DNA of 64,000 nucleotides from an uncultured Bacillota bacterium. Its GTDB lineage: Bacteria; Bacillota; Dehalobacteriia; UBA7702. Made by a program: the position numbers and the translations under genes. Shown here in pieces: positions 38,445 to 50,695 of this stretch; the first letter of the stretch is position 1, and the number at the start of each line of letters is the position of its first letter. The notes beneath the pieces are model-generated. The model ran no database searches. It was not told the origin of the DNA and saw only the letters and a program-made list of their open reading frames with translations. Where the stretch lies: the NCBI GenBank assembly GCA_902796855.1, contig CADBQN010000049.1, positions 305-64,304 on the forward strand, in the 5' to 3' direction.

Positions 38445-38794
38445 TGGTGGAGATGAGGGGAGTCGAACCCCTGTCCGAAAGAGAACCCACCGGGTTTTCT
38501 CCGAGCGCAGTTTGTGTTCGATCTCGCCTTGGCGGACCACACAAACAAGGTCCGTCAAAACCATTCCGAAGAATTTCCCGGGCCACCCTCGGAAAAAAGT
38601 GACACGGTATCCCGGCCTGATGACCCCCGGCCGCTCATCGCGGGAACAGAGCGGAGGAGGTTAGACTGCGATTAAGCAGCTAAAGCTAATTCGTTTTTGT
38701 CATTTCAATTTAGGTTCCACGGTTTAGCGGCCTCATGGAACGCCGGCTCGCTTGCCCGACCAATCCTTCCTCCGTCGAAAACCAGTACATCCCC
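38445..38794 (-). ncRNA. ssrA: tmRNA (transfer-messenger RNA)
   Basis: Reverse strand 5' GGGGAUGUACUGGUUUUCGACGGAGG... and 3' ...GGGGUUCGACUCCCCUCAUCUCCACCA (tRNA-Ala-like acceptor/T-arm). Internal tag frame ...AAU GAC AAA AAC GAA UUA GCU UUA GCU GCU UAA (..NDKNELALAA stop). TTGAGT-17-TATAAT promoter at about 38837-38865. Confidence 0.9.
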
Positions 38795-38911
38795 GTTTGG
38801 ACGAAGCAATGACCAATCGCTTCCTTTGTTATCTCCATTATACACCATCGCGCCGGAAAACTCAATGGAAAAAAACGGTTTTCCCCGCCATCGGAACGTG
38901 ATATAATGAGG

Positions 38912-39382
38912 TTACTCCGGCGTATCCCCGGCGGCTTTCCCTTCGCCGCCTTCCGGGGGCTCCGGCGCTTTGGCGGACGGCGCTTTTTCCGCCGGTTCCT
39001 GTTCGTCCAGCTCGTGAAGGGAATGGAGGAACTCCCCGGCGTCGGCCTTTTTCACATTGGGCGGCGGCGACGGCGGCGCGGTACCGCGGCGACGGTCCGA
39101 AGCGGAACGGTTGCTTCTCCTCCCCGTCGCTCCCGCGGCGCGCCTTTTCCCGGCGGGACGCTGTTTTCGCTGGGCGCTCCGCTGCCGGTTCGTCGGCGCC
39201 GCCGCGCGGTGAATGAAGTATTCCCGGGTTTGCAGGCCGAGGCAGAGGATGATGGCGCCGATGAAGAGCCACTCCCACCAGCGCTCCACGTGAAAGGCCA
39301 GATAGCCGAGGAAAACGCAGAGCAGCGCCAGCAGAATCAGGGCGATGAGATCCGTTATCCGAAGTCCGATTCGAGGTCGCAT
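38912..39382 (-). CDS. Hypothetical small membrane protein (two TM helices, basic then acidic tail)
   Basis: MRPRIGLRITDLIALILLALLCVFLGYLAFHVERWWEWLFIGAIILCLGL. GC3-rich codons. Weak AAGGA RBS. Chosen over overlapping ORFs in other frames. Confidence 0.45.
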   Translation of the reverse strand: MRPRIGLRITDLIALILLALLCVFLGYLAFHVERWWEWLFIGAIILCLGLQTREYFIHRAAAPTNRQRSAQRKQRPAGKRRAAGATGRRSNRSASDRRRGTAPPSPPPNVKKADAGEFLHSLHELDEQEPAEKAPSAKAPEPPEGGEGKAAGDTPE

Positions 39383-39471
39383 AGCATTCGTTCCTTTTTC
39401 TTGATAGCTTCATTATACCATCGAACCAGGGAAAATAGCAACGATATTTTAGCATATTGAAGGAGAAAACC

Positions 39472-39960
39472 ATGGCGGAAGCGAAAACCAACGCGGCGCG
39501 GCTCTTCGACGCCGCTCATGTCCCTTATGAAATCCACAGCTACGAAACGGGAGACGGCCTCATCGACGGCGTCTCCGTGGCCGAAAAATGCGGTCAGGAC
39601 CCGGAACGGGTCTTTAAGACCCTCGTCACCGTCGGCCACAGCGGCGAGCACTACGTTTTTGTCGTCCCCGTGGCGGAAAACCTCGATTTAAAAAAGGCGG
39701 CCAAAGCGGTGAAGGAAAAATCCATCGAGATGATCCGCCAAAAGGAGCTTTTGCCCCTCACTGGCTACGTCCACGGCGGCTGCTCCCCCTTTGGCATGAA
39801 AAAGCCGTTCCGCACCGTCTTTGAGGAAACGGCCATGCTCTATGACACGATCATGGTCAGCGCCGGGAAGATCGGCCTGCAGATCGAGGCCGCCCCCGAC
39901 GACATGATCGCCCTGCTGGGCGAGGACAGCGCCGCCTACGGCGACATCACCAAAGCGTAA
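39472..39960 (+). CDS. ybaK: Cys-tRNA(Pro)/Cys-tRNA(Cys) deacylase
   Basis: MAEAKTNAARLFDAAHVPYEIHSYE...VFKTLV...GYVHGGCSPFGMKK (YbaK/EbsC family). ATG 39472 with an AAGGAG RBS. Confidence 0.8.
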   Translation: MAEAKTNAARLFDAAHVPYEIHSYETGDGLIDGVSVAEKCGQDPERVFKTLVTVGHSGEHYVFVVPVAENLDLKKAAKAVKEKSIEMIRQKELLPLTGYVHGGCSPFGMKKPFRTVFEETAMLYDTIMVSAGKIGLQIEAAPDDMIALLGEDSAAYGDITKA

Positions 39961-39963
39961 AAA

Positions 39964-39998
39964 ATCCGATACCGGGAAGGCTCTCCGCGGTATCGGAT
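39964..39998. terminator. Bidirectional intrinsic terminator
   Basis: ATCCGATACCG...CGGTATCGGAT, 11-bp stem followed by TCTTTTTTT and preceded by AAAA. Confidence 0.7.
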
Positions 39999-40009
39999 CT
40001 TTTTTTGCT

Positions 40010-40216
40010 TTATTCTTCTGTCAGATCCGAATCGGAAGCCGGGAGCGTCGAGGAATCGACGATCAGGTCACCGTCGGAGGTGTACTGCGGTTCTTCCGTC
40101 GTCTGCAGATCGGAATCGGAAGCGACGTCGCCGGAAGCGTCCTTATTGCCGCCGCAGGCGCTGAAGGAAAAGATCATCACGGCGGCGAGGAGCGCCAAAA
40201 GAATTTTTTTCATCAT
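40010..40216 (-). CDS. Small acidic lipoprotein, hypothetical
   Basis: MMKKILLALLAAVMIFSFSAC lipobox, then a D/S/E-rich 45-aa tail. GGAG RBS 7 nt before ATG 40216. Confidence 0.55.
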   Translation of the reverse strand: MMKKILLALLAAVMIFSFSACGGNKDASGDVASDSDLQTTEEPQYTSDGDLIVDSSTLPASDSDLTEE

Positions 40217-40370
40217 AACCAATCTCCTTTGGATGTTCTTTCTAAAAAATATGAAATATCATCTTATTATACCTCATCGCCGCGAAAAAAGCAAACGCCC
40301 CGCCGCGAAAAAAAAGTCATTCCGCCGCCGCGGCGGTCATAAACTGTAGAAAAAAAACGCGGAGGGAAAA

Positions 40371-41417
40371 ATGAAAGGTAAAAAAACAACGGTCTTCCCG
40401 GGGAACAACAGCGTCAGCGGCTTCGCCTCCTGCTACGCCAGCGGACTTGCCGGCATGGAGCAGGTCTACATCATCAAAGGCGGCCCGGGAACGGGGAAAT
40501 CCTCCTTCATGCGCCGCCTCGGCGAGGACTTTTTGAACAGCGGCTGCGACGTGGAATTCTGGCGCTGTTCCTCGGATACCGACTCCCTGGACGGCGTGGT
40601 GATCCCGGCGCTGTCCGCGGCGGTCATCGACGGAACGGCGCCCCACATCATGGACCCCCTCTACCCCGGCGCGAAAGAGACCATCCTCAATTTCGGCGAT
40701 TTCTGGGATGAAGAGCTGCTGACCAAAGCCAAAAAGGACATCATCTCCCTGACCGGCCGCGTCTCCGACGCTTTTTCGGAGTGTTACCGGCACCTGGCCG
40801 AGGCCGGCGCCTGCGACGACCGCCTGCTGGCGGAGCGAAAACGCCGGGCCGAGGAGTTCCGCGTCGAATCGTTCCTCGCCGAGGTCTTCGGCGAGAGCAG
40901 CGGCACGGAGCGCCATCTCTTCGCCGCCGCCGTCACCCCGGAAGGCATTGTCGATCACACCTTCGACCTCTGCCGCGGCTATCAGCGGCGCTTTTTCCTC
41001 CAGGGCAAGCGCGGCCTCGGCCAGCAGCGCTGTCTCGAAGCCGTGCTTGAGGCCGGGCGGCGGCGCAGGCTGACCACCGACGTTTTCCACGGCCCCTTCC
41101 GTAAAGAGGAGATCCGCGCGGTGGCCTTCCCCGACGAAAGCGTCGTCGTGGCGGCGGCGGAGAACGTCCCCCCCAAAGAACTGCGGGAGAGCGACCGGGT
41201 GCTGCCCTTCACGGCGAAATCCCCTTCCCTGCGGGAGCGGCAGACGGAAAAAGACCGGGACGAAGCCTTGGCGGCGGCCGTGGCGGAACTCGCCAAAGCC
41301 CACATGCTCCACGACGATTTGGAGGGGTTTTACGTCGCCGCCATGGACTTTGACGCCTTGGAGGAACTGCGGGAGCGGATACGGCAAAAAATTTTAAAAA
41401 GAGCGGCAAAAGCGTAA
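40371..41417 (+). CDS. P-loop ATPase of unknown function
   Basis: 348 aa. Walker A IIKGGPGTGKSS. Conserved-looking DGTAPH. No TM segment. Confidence 0.6.
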   Translation: MKGKKTTVFPGNNSVSGFASCYASGLAGMEQVYIIKGGPGTGKSSFMRRLGEDFLNSGCDVEFWRCSSDTDSLDGVVIPALSAAVIDGTAPHIMDPLYPGAKETILNFGDFWDEELLTKAKKDIISLTGRVSDAFSECYRHLAEAGACDDRLLAERKRRAEEFRVESFLAEVFGESSGTERHLFAAAVTPEGIVDHTFDLCRGYQRRFFLQGKRGLGQQRCLEAVLEAGRRRRLTTDVFHGPFRKEEIRAVAFPDESVVVAAAENVPPKELRESDRVLPFTAKSPSLRERQTEKDRDEALAAAVAELAKAHMLHDDLEGFYVAAMDFDALEELRERIRQKILKRAAKA

Positions 41418-41467
41418 AAAGTATGGTATACTAATTGTGTATATCTTTTTCGCAAGGAACCAAAAAA

Positions 41468-43477
41468 ATGGCTGATTTTAAACTGACAGCACCCTACCGG
41501 CCCGACGGCGGCCAGCCTCAGGCCATCGACGCCCTGCTTTCCGGACTGAACCAGGGGGAACGCGATCAGATCCTCCTCGGCGTGACCGGCAGCGGCAAGA
41601 CCTTCACGATGGCCAACATCATCGCGAAAATGAACCGCCCGACCCTGGTGATGGTGCATAACAAAACATTGGCGGCGCAGCTCTGCGGCGAGTTCAAGGA
41701 GTTTTTCCCCGACAACGCCGTGGAATACTTCGTCAGCTTCTACGATTATTACCAGCCCGAGGCCTACGTCCCCCGGAGCGATACCTATATTGAGAAGGAC
41801 TCCTCCATCAACGACGAGATCGAGCGGCTGCGCCACGCCGCCACGGCGGCGCTTTTCGAGCGCCGCGACGTGCTCATTGTCGCCAGCGTCTCCGCCATCT
41901 ACGGCCTGGGGAATCCGGAGGATTACAGCACCATGGCGGTGAGCCTTTGGGAAGGCCAGGAAATCGCCAGGGAAGAGATCGTGAAAAAGCTGATCTCCAT
42001 TCAATATACCCGCAACAATATGGATCTGAACCGCTCCGAGTTCCGCGTCCGCGGCGACGTGCTGGAAATCTTTCCGGCCTCCTCCACGGAGCAGGTCATC
42101 CGCGTGGAGATGTTCGGCGACGAGATCGAGCGGATCGTCGAGACCGACATCGTCACCGGGGAGATCCTGCACAACCTGCGCCACGCCATGATCTTCCCGG
42201 CCTCTCACTATGTCACCGACGAGGCCCGCATGGAAATCGCCGTCGCCGACATCAAGGCGGAGCTGGAAGAGCGCCTGGCGGAGCTGCGGGCCGAAAACAA
42301 ACTGCTGGAAGCCCAGCGGCTGGAACAGCGCACCCGCTTCGACCTGGAAATGATGGCCGAAGTGGGCTACTGCTCCGGCATTGAGAACTACTCCCGCCAC
42401 CTGACCGGACGGAAAAAGGGAGAGGCGCCCTACACGCTGATGGACTTTTTCCCCGACGATTTTCTCCTCTTCGTCGACGAGAGCCACGTGACCATCCCCC
42501 AGATCGGCGGGATGTACCGCGGCGACCGCGCCCGAAAGGAGATCCTCATCGACTACGGCTTCCGCCTGCCCTCGGCGCTGGACAACCGTCCGCTGAAATT
42601 TGAGGAATTCGAGCAAAAGATCAATCAGATCATCTACGTCTCGGCGACCCCCGGCGACTACGAACTGAACCGTCACCCCCGCATCGCCGAGCAGATCATT
42701 CGCCCGACGGGCCTCCTCGACCCCAAAATCGAGGTGCGCCCCATCGCCGGCCAGATCGACGACCTCACCGCCGAGATCCGCGGCCGTATCGAGAAGAACG
42801 AGCGCGTCCTCGTCACGACGCTGACGAAGCGCATGGCCGAAGACCTCACCAAATATCTTCAGGAGCAGGGCATCAAAGTCACCTACCTCCATTACGACGT
42901 CAAAACGCTGGAACGGACGGAGATCATCCGCAATCTGCGGCTGGGCACCTACGACGTCCTCGTCGGCATCAACCTGCTGCGGGAAGGTCTTGACCTGCCG
43001 GAAGTTTCCCTCATCATCATCCTCGACGCCGACAAGGAGGGCTTCCTCCGGGCGGAGCGTTCGCTGATCCAGACCATCGGCCGGGCCGCCCGGAACGACC
43101 ACGGCACCGTCATCATGTACGCCGACCGGGTGACCGACTCCATGCGCCGGGCCATCGACGAGACGGCGCGCCGCCGCGAGATCCAGCAGGCCTACAACGA
43201 GGCGCACCACATCACGCCGAAGACCATCATCAAGGATATCCGCGACACCCTGGCCGTCACCTACGAGGAAAAAGGCAAAGAACAGAAGCTCTCCCAGTGG
43301 GTCAGAGACAAAAAGAAGCGGGAACGGGCCATCGCCTCCCTGGAAAAGGAAATGCGCCAGGCCGCGAAACGCCTCGATTTCGAGCACGCCGCGGAGCTCA
43401 GGGATATGATCATGGAGCTCCGGGCCGCCGCCAGAGGCCACCAGAAAACAGAAACCGAGACAGAACAGGAATTTTAA
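41468..43477 (+). CDS. uvrB: Excinuclease ABC subunit B
   Basis: [27 protein letters not shown]..., [12 protein letters not shown] box, C-terminal UVR motif (FEHAAELRD). ATG 41468. Confidence 0.95.
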   Translation: MADFKLTAPYRPDGGQPQAIDALLSGLNQGERDQILLGVTGSGKTFTMANIIAKMNRPTLVMVHNKTLAAQLCGEFKEFFPDNAVEYFVSFYDYYQPEAYVPRSDTYIEKDSSINDEIERLRHAATAALFERRDVLIVASVSAIYGLGNPEDYSTMAVSLWEGQEIAREEIVKKLISIQYTRNNMDLNRSEFRVRGDVLEIFPASSTEQVIRVEMFGDEIERIVETDIVTGEILHNLRHAMIFPASHYVTDEARMEIAVADIKAELEERLAELRAENKLLEAQRLEQRTRFDLEMMAEVGYCSGIENYSRHLTGRKKGEAPYTLMDFFPDDFLLFVDESHVTIPQIGGMYRGDRARKEILIDYGFRLPSALDNRPLKFEEFEQKINQIIYVSATPGDYELNRHPRIAEQIIRPTGLLDPKIEVRPIAGQIDDLTAEIRGRIEKNERVLVTTLTKRMAEDLTKYLQEQGIKVTYLHYDVKTLERTEIIRNLRLGTYDVLVGINLLREGLDLPEVSLIIILDADKEGFLRAERSLIQTIGRAARNDHGTVIMYADRVTDSMRRAIDETARRREIQQAYNEAHHITPKTIIKDIRDTLAVTYEEKGKEQKLSQWVRDKKKRERAIASLEKEMRQAAKRLDFEHAAELRDMIMELRAAARGHQKTETETEQEF

Positions 43478-43480
43478 CCC

Positions 43481-46309
<2,829 letters not shown>

Positions 46310-46319
46310 AGGAAGCGGC

Positions 46320-48182
46320 ATGAACAAAGATTTCTGGCAGGATAAACTGAATCACCTTCCGGTCCATCCCGGCGTCTACCTCTTTAAAGACGAAACGGGG
46401 CGGATCATCTACGTCGGCAAAGCCGAAAGCCTGAAATCAAGGGTGTCCTCGTATTTTCAGGACAGCCGCAATCTGTCGCCGAAAACCGTGGCCATGCGGG
46501 AACGGGCGCGGGATCTTGAGTACATCCTCGTCGATTCCCCCGCCGAGGCGCTGCTACTGGAATGCAACCTCATCAAGCTCTATCGTCCCCGCTACAACAT
46601 CATGCTGAAGGACGATAAAACGTATCCCTATTTAAAGCTGACCCTGGCGGAGGAATTTCCCCGGCTCATCGTGACCCGCCGCTATCAGAACGACGGTTCC
46701 AAATACTTTGGCCCCTTCACCAACGCCAAGGCGATGCATGAGACCGTGGCGGTGCTGAAAAAGTGCTTCCCCCTCCGCACCTGCGGCGCGAAGATGGGGC
46801 GGGCCAAAAACCGCGCCTGCCTCAACTATGACCTCGGCAACTGCCCCGGTCCCTGCGTGGGGAAGATAACCAAAGAGGATTACCGCGCCCTCGTCGGGAA
46901 GATCGACCGCTTTCTCAGCGGCGACGGCACGGAGATCCGCCGCCTGCTGAAAGAAAAAATGGAAGACGCCGCCGAGCGCCTCGCCTTTGAGGACGCCGCC
47001 CGTTACCGCGACGAAATCGCCGCCGTCGACGCCGTTTTGGCCCGGCAAAAGATCTCCGAGGCGAACACCAGGGAAAACCGGGATCTCATCGCCGTCCACC
47101 GCGACGGCGACGAAGCCGTCGTCACCGTTTTCTGCGTCCGCGACGGGCGGCTTCTCGGTCGGGAGCACCGGGCCGTGGAGGGCTGCGGAGACCAGAGCGA
47201 CGGCGATATCCTCCGCGCCTTTCTGCCGGAGTTTTACGGCGGCGACCGGCTGATCCCGCTGAAGATCTACTGCCGCAAAATTCCCGCCGAAAGCGAGATC
47301 CTGACGGAGATCCTCTCCCAACGGCGGGGCGGCCCCGTCCATTTCGTCATCCCACAGCGGGGCGAAAAGAGCCGCATGCTCCAGCTGGCGGAAAAGAACG
47401 CCGCCATGCTGATGGAAGAGGAAAAACGCAAAAAGAGCCGGGACGACAGCGATATCGCCGCGGCCCTGGAGCACCTCCGCGCCGCGCTGGAGCTGCCCTA
47501 TACCCCCCGGCGGATCGAGTGCTACGACATCTCCCACGTTCAGGGCGCCTATACCGTCGGCTCAATGATCGTTTTTATCGACGGCAAGCCGAAAAAAGAC
47601 CAGTACCGCCGCTTTAAGATCAAGACCGTCCGGGGCATCGACGACTTCGCCTCCCTCAACGAAGTCCTCGACCGCCGCTTCCGCCGCGGCATCGACGAGA
47701 AAAAAGCCGGCAAGACCACAGGGTTCGCCGACTTCCCCGACCTCTTCATCATCGACGGCGGCAAGGGACAGCTTTCCGCCACGCTAAAGATTAAAGAAAA
47801 ATACCATTCGGACATTCCCTTCGTCTCCCTGGCCAAGCGCGAGGAAGAGCTGATGATCCCGGGGCGGGACGATTCCCTGATCCTCCCGAAGGGCAGTCCG
47901 GAATTTCATCTGATACAGCGCGTCCGCGACGAGGCCCACCGCTTTGCCATCACCTTCCACCGGGAGCTCCGCGCGAAGGGGCAGACCCACTCCCTTTTGG
48001 AAGATATCCCCGGCATCGGCCCGGCGCGGCAGAAAGCGCTGATGAAGCATTTCAAGACGATCCGCGCCATCGCCGCCGCCGACGTGGAGGAACTGGCCCT
48101 CGTCGACACGATGAACTACCCCGCGGCGGAAGCGGTCTCCGCTTTCTTCCGCCTCCGCGACCGCGCGAAAGAGAAAGAGTGA
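46320..48182 (+). CDS. uvrC: Excinuclease ABC subunit C
   Basis: 620 aa. GIY-YIG N-terminus (PGVYLFKDETGRIIYVGKA), UVR domain, C-terminal HhH. Confidence 0.95.
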   Translation: MNKDFWQDKLNHLPVHPGVYLFKDETGRIIYVGKAESLKSRVSSYFQDSRNLSPKTVAMRERARDLEYILVDSPAEALLLECNLIKLYRPRYNIMLKDDKTYPYLKLTLAEEFPRLIVTRRYQNDGSKYFGPFTNAKAMHETVAVLKKCFPLRTCGAKMGRAKNRACLNYDLGNCPGPCVGKITKEDYRALVGKIDRFLSGDGTEIRRLLKEKMEDAAERLAFEDAARYRDEIAAVDAVLARQKISEANTRENRDLIAVHRDGDEAVVTVFCVRDGRLLGREHRAVEGCGDQSDGDILRAFLPEFYGGDRLIPLKIYCRKIPAESEILTEILSQRRGGPVHFVIPQRGEKSRMLQLAEKNAAMLMEEEKRKKSRDDSDIAAALEHLRAALELPYTPRRIECYDISHVQGAYTVGSMIVFIDGKPKKDQYRRFKIKTVRGIDDFASLNEVLDRRFRRGIDEKKAGKTTGFADFPDLFIIDGGKGQLSATLKIKEKYHSDIPFVSLAKREEELMIPGRDDSLILPKGSPEFHLIQRVRDEAHRFAITFHRELRAKGQTHSLLEDIPGIGPARQKALMKHFKTIRAIAAADVEELALVDTMNYPAAEAVSAFFRLRDRAKEKE

Positions 48183-48188
48183 CCCTAC

Positions 48189-49739
48189 ATGAGCTTATTG
48201 GAAGTACACGAAATATCCCAGACCTACGGCGATAAGTCGCTCTATCACAACGCCTCCTTTCGCCTGTTCAAAGGCGAGCACATGGGCCTTGTGGGCCAGA
48301 ACGGCGCCGGGAAATCCACGCTGATGAAGAGCCTCATCGGCGAGGTCGTTCCCGACAGCGGCTTCATCCGCTGGCAGAACAAGATCCGCGTCGGCCACCT
48401 CGACCAATACGCCAACGTCGATGAAAACGAGACCATTTTTTCCTATCTGAAAAGCGCCTTTCGGGAGCTCCTTGAAGCCGAACGGAAGCTGAACGAAGTC
48501 AACGAGGCGCTGATGACCCGTTTCGACGAGAACCTCGTCCGCACCGCGGCGTCGCTCCAGGATATGCTGGAGCGAAAGGAGTTTTACGCCATCGACAGCA
48601 AGGTACAGCGGGTCGCCGCCGGCCTCGGCTTAACGCCCCTCGGCCTCGACCGTCCCCTGGGCAAGCTCAGCGGCGGACAGCGGGCCAAGACCATCATGGG
48701 CAAGCTGCTTTTGGCCGACGTCGACGTGCTCCTCCTCGATGAGCCCACCAACTTCCTCGATACGGAACACATCGAATGGCTGACGAAATACCTGAAAAAT
48801 TTCAAAGGCGCCTTCATCATCATCTCCCACGACGACCGCTTTTTAAACGAGATCTGCACCTGCATTCTGGATGTGGAATTCGACGTGCTCAAACGCTATA
48901 ACGGCAATTACGACGATTTCATCCGCCAGCGGGAGCAGCTGGAAGTGGAATACGTCCGCGCCTATGAGCATCAGCAGAAGGAGATTCGGAAGGCCGAGGA
49001 CTACATCAACAAGAACAAAGTCCGGGCCTCCACCGCGGCGATGGCGAAAAGCCGCCAGAAAAAGCTGGATAAAATGGAGCGGATCAGCGCCCCGAAGCAC
49101 CAGAACAAACCGCGCTTCAAATTCCCCTTTGCCTCGATCTCCACGACAAAAGCGCTGGAGACGAAGGATCTCGAAGTCGGTTACTACTATTCGCTGATGC
49201 CCGGCGTTTCCCTGGAGCTCACCACCGGCACCAAAAACGCCGTTGTCGGGTTCAACGGCATCGGCAAGAGCACCTTTTTAAAAACACTGGTCGGGGAAAT
49301 ACCGCCCCTGAAAGGCGATTTCACCTTTGGGGAGCGCACCGTCGTCGGCTACTACGAGCAGGAACTCGTCTTTGAGGACAGCGGCAAAACGCCGCTGGAA
49401 TTCATTCTCGACCTCTTCCCGAAAATGTCGGTCAAAGAAGTCCGCACGGCCCTCGCCCGCTGCGGCATCGTCGCCGAGCACATCGACCGACCCATCTCGA
49501 CGCTGTCCGGCGGCGAGCAGAGCAAGGTGAAGCTGTGCCGCCTGACGCTGTTTCCCACCAATTTCCTGATCCTCGATGAACCCACCAACCACCTTGACAG
49601 CGACGCCAAAGACGCCCTCCAAAAAGCCATTGTCCATTTTCCCGGCACCGTTCTTTTCGTTTCCCACGATCCTCATTTTTATGAGACCTGGGCGGACAGC
49701 GTTTTCGACATTGAGGAACATATCATCCTCAGCGACTGA
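48189..49739 (+). CDS. ABC-F family ATPase (soluble tandem-ABC translation factor-type)
   Basis: 516 aa. Two cassettes (GQNGAGKST/LSGGQRAK/LLLDEPTN and GFNGIGKST/LSGGEQSK/LILDEPTN) joined by a charged linker. No TM domain. Confidence 0.85.
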   Translation: MSLLEVHEISQTYGDKSLYHNASFRLFKGEHMGLVGQNGAGKSTLMKSLIGEVVPDSGFIRWQNKIRVGHLDQYANVDENETIFSYLKSAFRELLEAERKLNEVNEALMTRFDENLVRTAASLQDMLERKEFYAIDSKVQRVAAGLGLTPLGLDRPLGKLSGGQRAKTIMGKLLLADVDVLLLDEPTNFLDTEHIEWLTKYLKNFKGAFIIISHDDRFLNEICTCILDVEFDVLKRYNGNYDDFIRQREQLEVEYVRAYEHQQKEIRKAEDYINKNKVRASTAAMAKSRQKKLDKMERISAPKHQNKPRFKFPFASISTTKALETKDLEVGYYYSLMPGVSLELTTGTKNAVVGFNGIGKSTFLKTLVGEIPPLKGDFTFGERTVVGYYEQELVFEDSGKTPLEFILDLFPKMSVKEVRTALARCGIVAEHIDRPISTLSGGEQSKVKLCRLTLFPTNFLILDEPTNHLDSDAKDALQKAIVHFPGTVLFVSHDPHFYETWADSVFDIEEHIILSD

Positions 49740-49925
49740 ACAGCAGAACGGCAGAAATGTATAAATATGCATATCATTCAGACGCCGACCGAATAGACAC
49801 AGCATCTTTCCGCATACAAACAATTATTAAAACCGTGTCCCATCTATTTGCGTTTGTTTCTGTTTTTGTATTTTGATCTATTGGTGAATGTTTATTTATT
49901 TCTTAAAAAAATACAAATTTTTTGA

Positions 49926-49955
49926 TTGACAAGTTCTGTACATTTCATGTATAAT
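49926..49955 (+). promoter_or_regulatory. Putative sigma-A promoter of the TetR gene with a short dyad
   Basis: TTGACA (49926-49931), 18 nt, TATAAT (49950-49955). Short dyad TACAT-TTC-ATGTA at 49939-49951 overlaps the -10 box. Confidence 0.5.
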
Positions 49956-50039
49956 AATACGTAGGGATGGAGAAAAAAATAGCGAAGGAAGAAAGGAGCG
50001 AAACACAGCTTTCACTTTGGTAGAAAGGGAAGATGCACT

Positions 50040-50570
50040 ATGATCAACCGAAAAAAAAGGAATGAGGAGATCCTTAACGCGTGTATCGACGTCTTTTATG
50101 AAAAAGGCATCGAACAGGCGACCATGCGCACATTTTCCGAAGCCACAGGACATTCACCGGCGACCATCTATCAGAGCTTTAAGGATAAACGGGAAATAGT
50201 AACGAACTGCCTCTTTTTCTGCATTGAAAAAAGAAACCAGCTTGGCTCCCGGCTCATGGAAAAGAACATCAATACACCGGAAAAATTCATCGACGACTGC
50301 GAAAAAGAATTTGACGAAATGAAGAAGCTCTCGTTTGTCATCATCAGCATTCTCACCTCCCCCTATTTCAGGGGTCTGAAAGAAGAGCTGGCGGAAGCGA
50401 TCGCTCCGTCCATCGAACATTTCAAACGGTGTTTTGACGGCGAACTGAGGACAATGCTGCTGCTGTATTTCAGCGCCATGCTCAACTGCTGCATTGACGG
50501 AAACGAAGAGTTTTACCAGAATCAAAGAGATTTCATCCGGAACAGGATCGTCGAGATCACAAAGGAATGA
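50040..50570 (+). CDS. TetR/AcrR-family transcriptional regulator (orphan)
   Basis: 176 aa. HTH ATMRTFSEATGHSPATIYQSFKDKREI. Visibly more AT-rich than its neighbours. Confidence 0.8.
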   Translation: MINRKKRNEEILNACIDVFYEKGIEQATMRTFSEATGHSPATIYQSFKDKREIVTNCLFFCIEKRNQLGSRLMEKNINTPEKFIDDCEKEFDEMKKLSFVIISILTSPYFRGLKEELAEAIAPSIEHFKRCFDGELRTMLLLYFSAMLNCCIDGNEEFYQNQRDFIRNRIVEITKE

Positions 50571-50643
50571 ATTTTCCCGCAGCTGTTTAAAAGAGTTACA
50601 GAAGGTTTCGTTCTTTAAACGTCAACCTCATAATAAATAAATG

Positions 50644-50672
50644 GAACGGCGCCGCGAATCGCGGCGCCGTTC
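50644..50672. terminator. Bidirectional intrinsic terminator
   Basis: GAACGGCGCCGCG-AAT-CGCGGCGCCGTTC, 13-bp perfect stem followed by TTTAAGTTGTTTTTTTT. Confidence 0.75.
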
Positions 50673-50695
50673 TTTAAGTTGTTTTTTTTGAAAAT

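Noticed and set aside
37564-38794. Genomic island integrated at the 3' end of tmRNA
   Set aside because: ssrA is a common integration site. However, I see no integrase, no duplicated copy of the ssrA 3' end (GGGGTTCGACTCCCC) in the flanking DNA and no compositional break next to it.
38862-39491. Alternative ORFs around 38900-39490 (184 aa on +, 209 aa on -)
   Set aside because: These are Arg/Gly/Pro-rich translations without structure. The 156-aa reverse-frame ORF with two clear TM helices and GC3-rich codons is the more credible reading, though it remains a low-confidence call.
48189-49739. ABC-F protein as an antibiotic-resistance (ARE) determinant
   Set aside because: The tandem-ABC architecture alone cannot separate housekeeping ABC-F translation factors from ARE types. 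The gene has a native-looking chromosomal context after uvrC and no mobile elements. Phylogeny and linker analysis would be needed.
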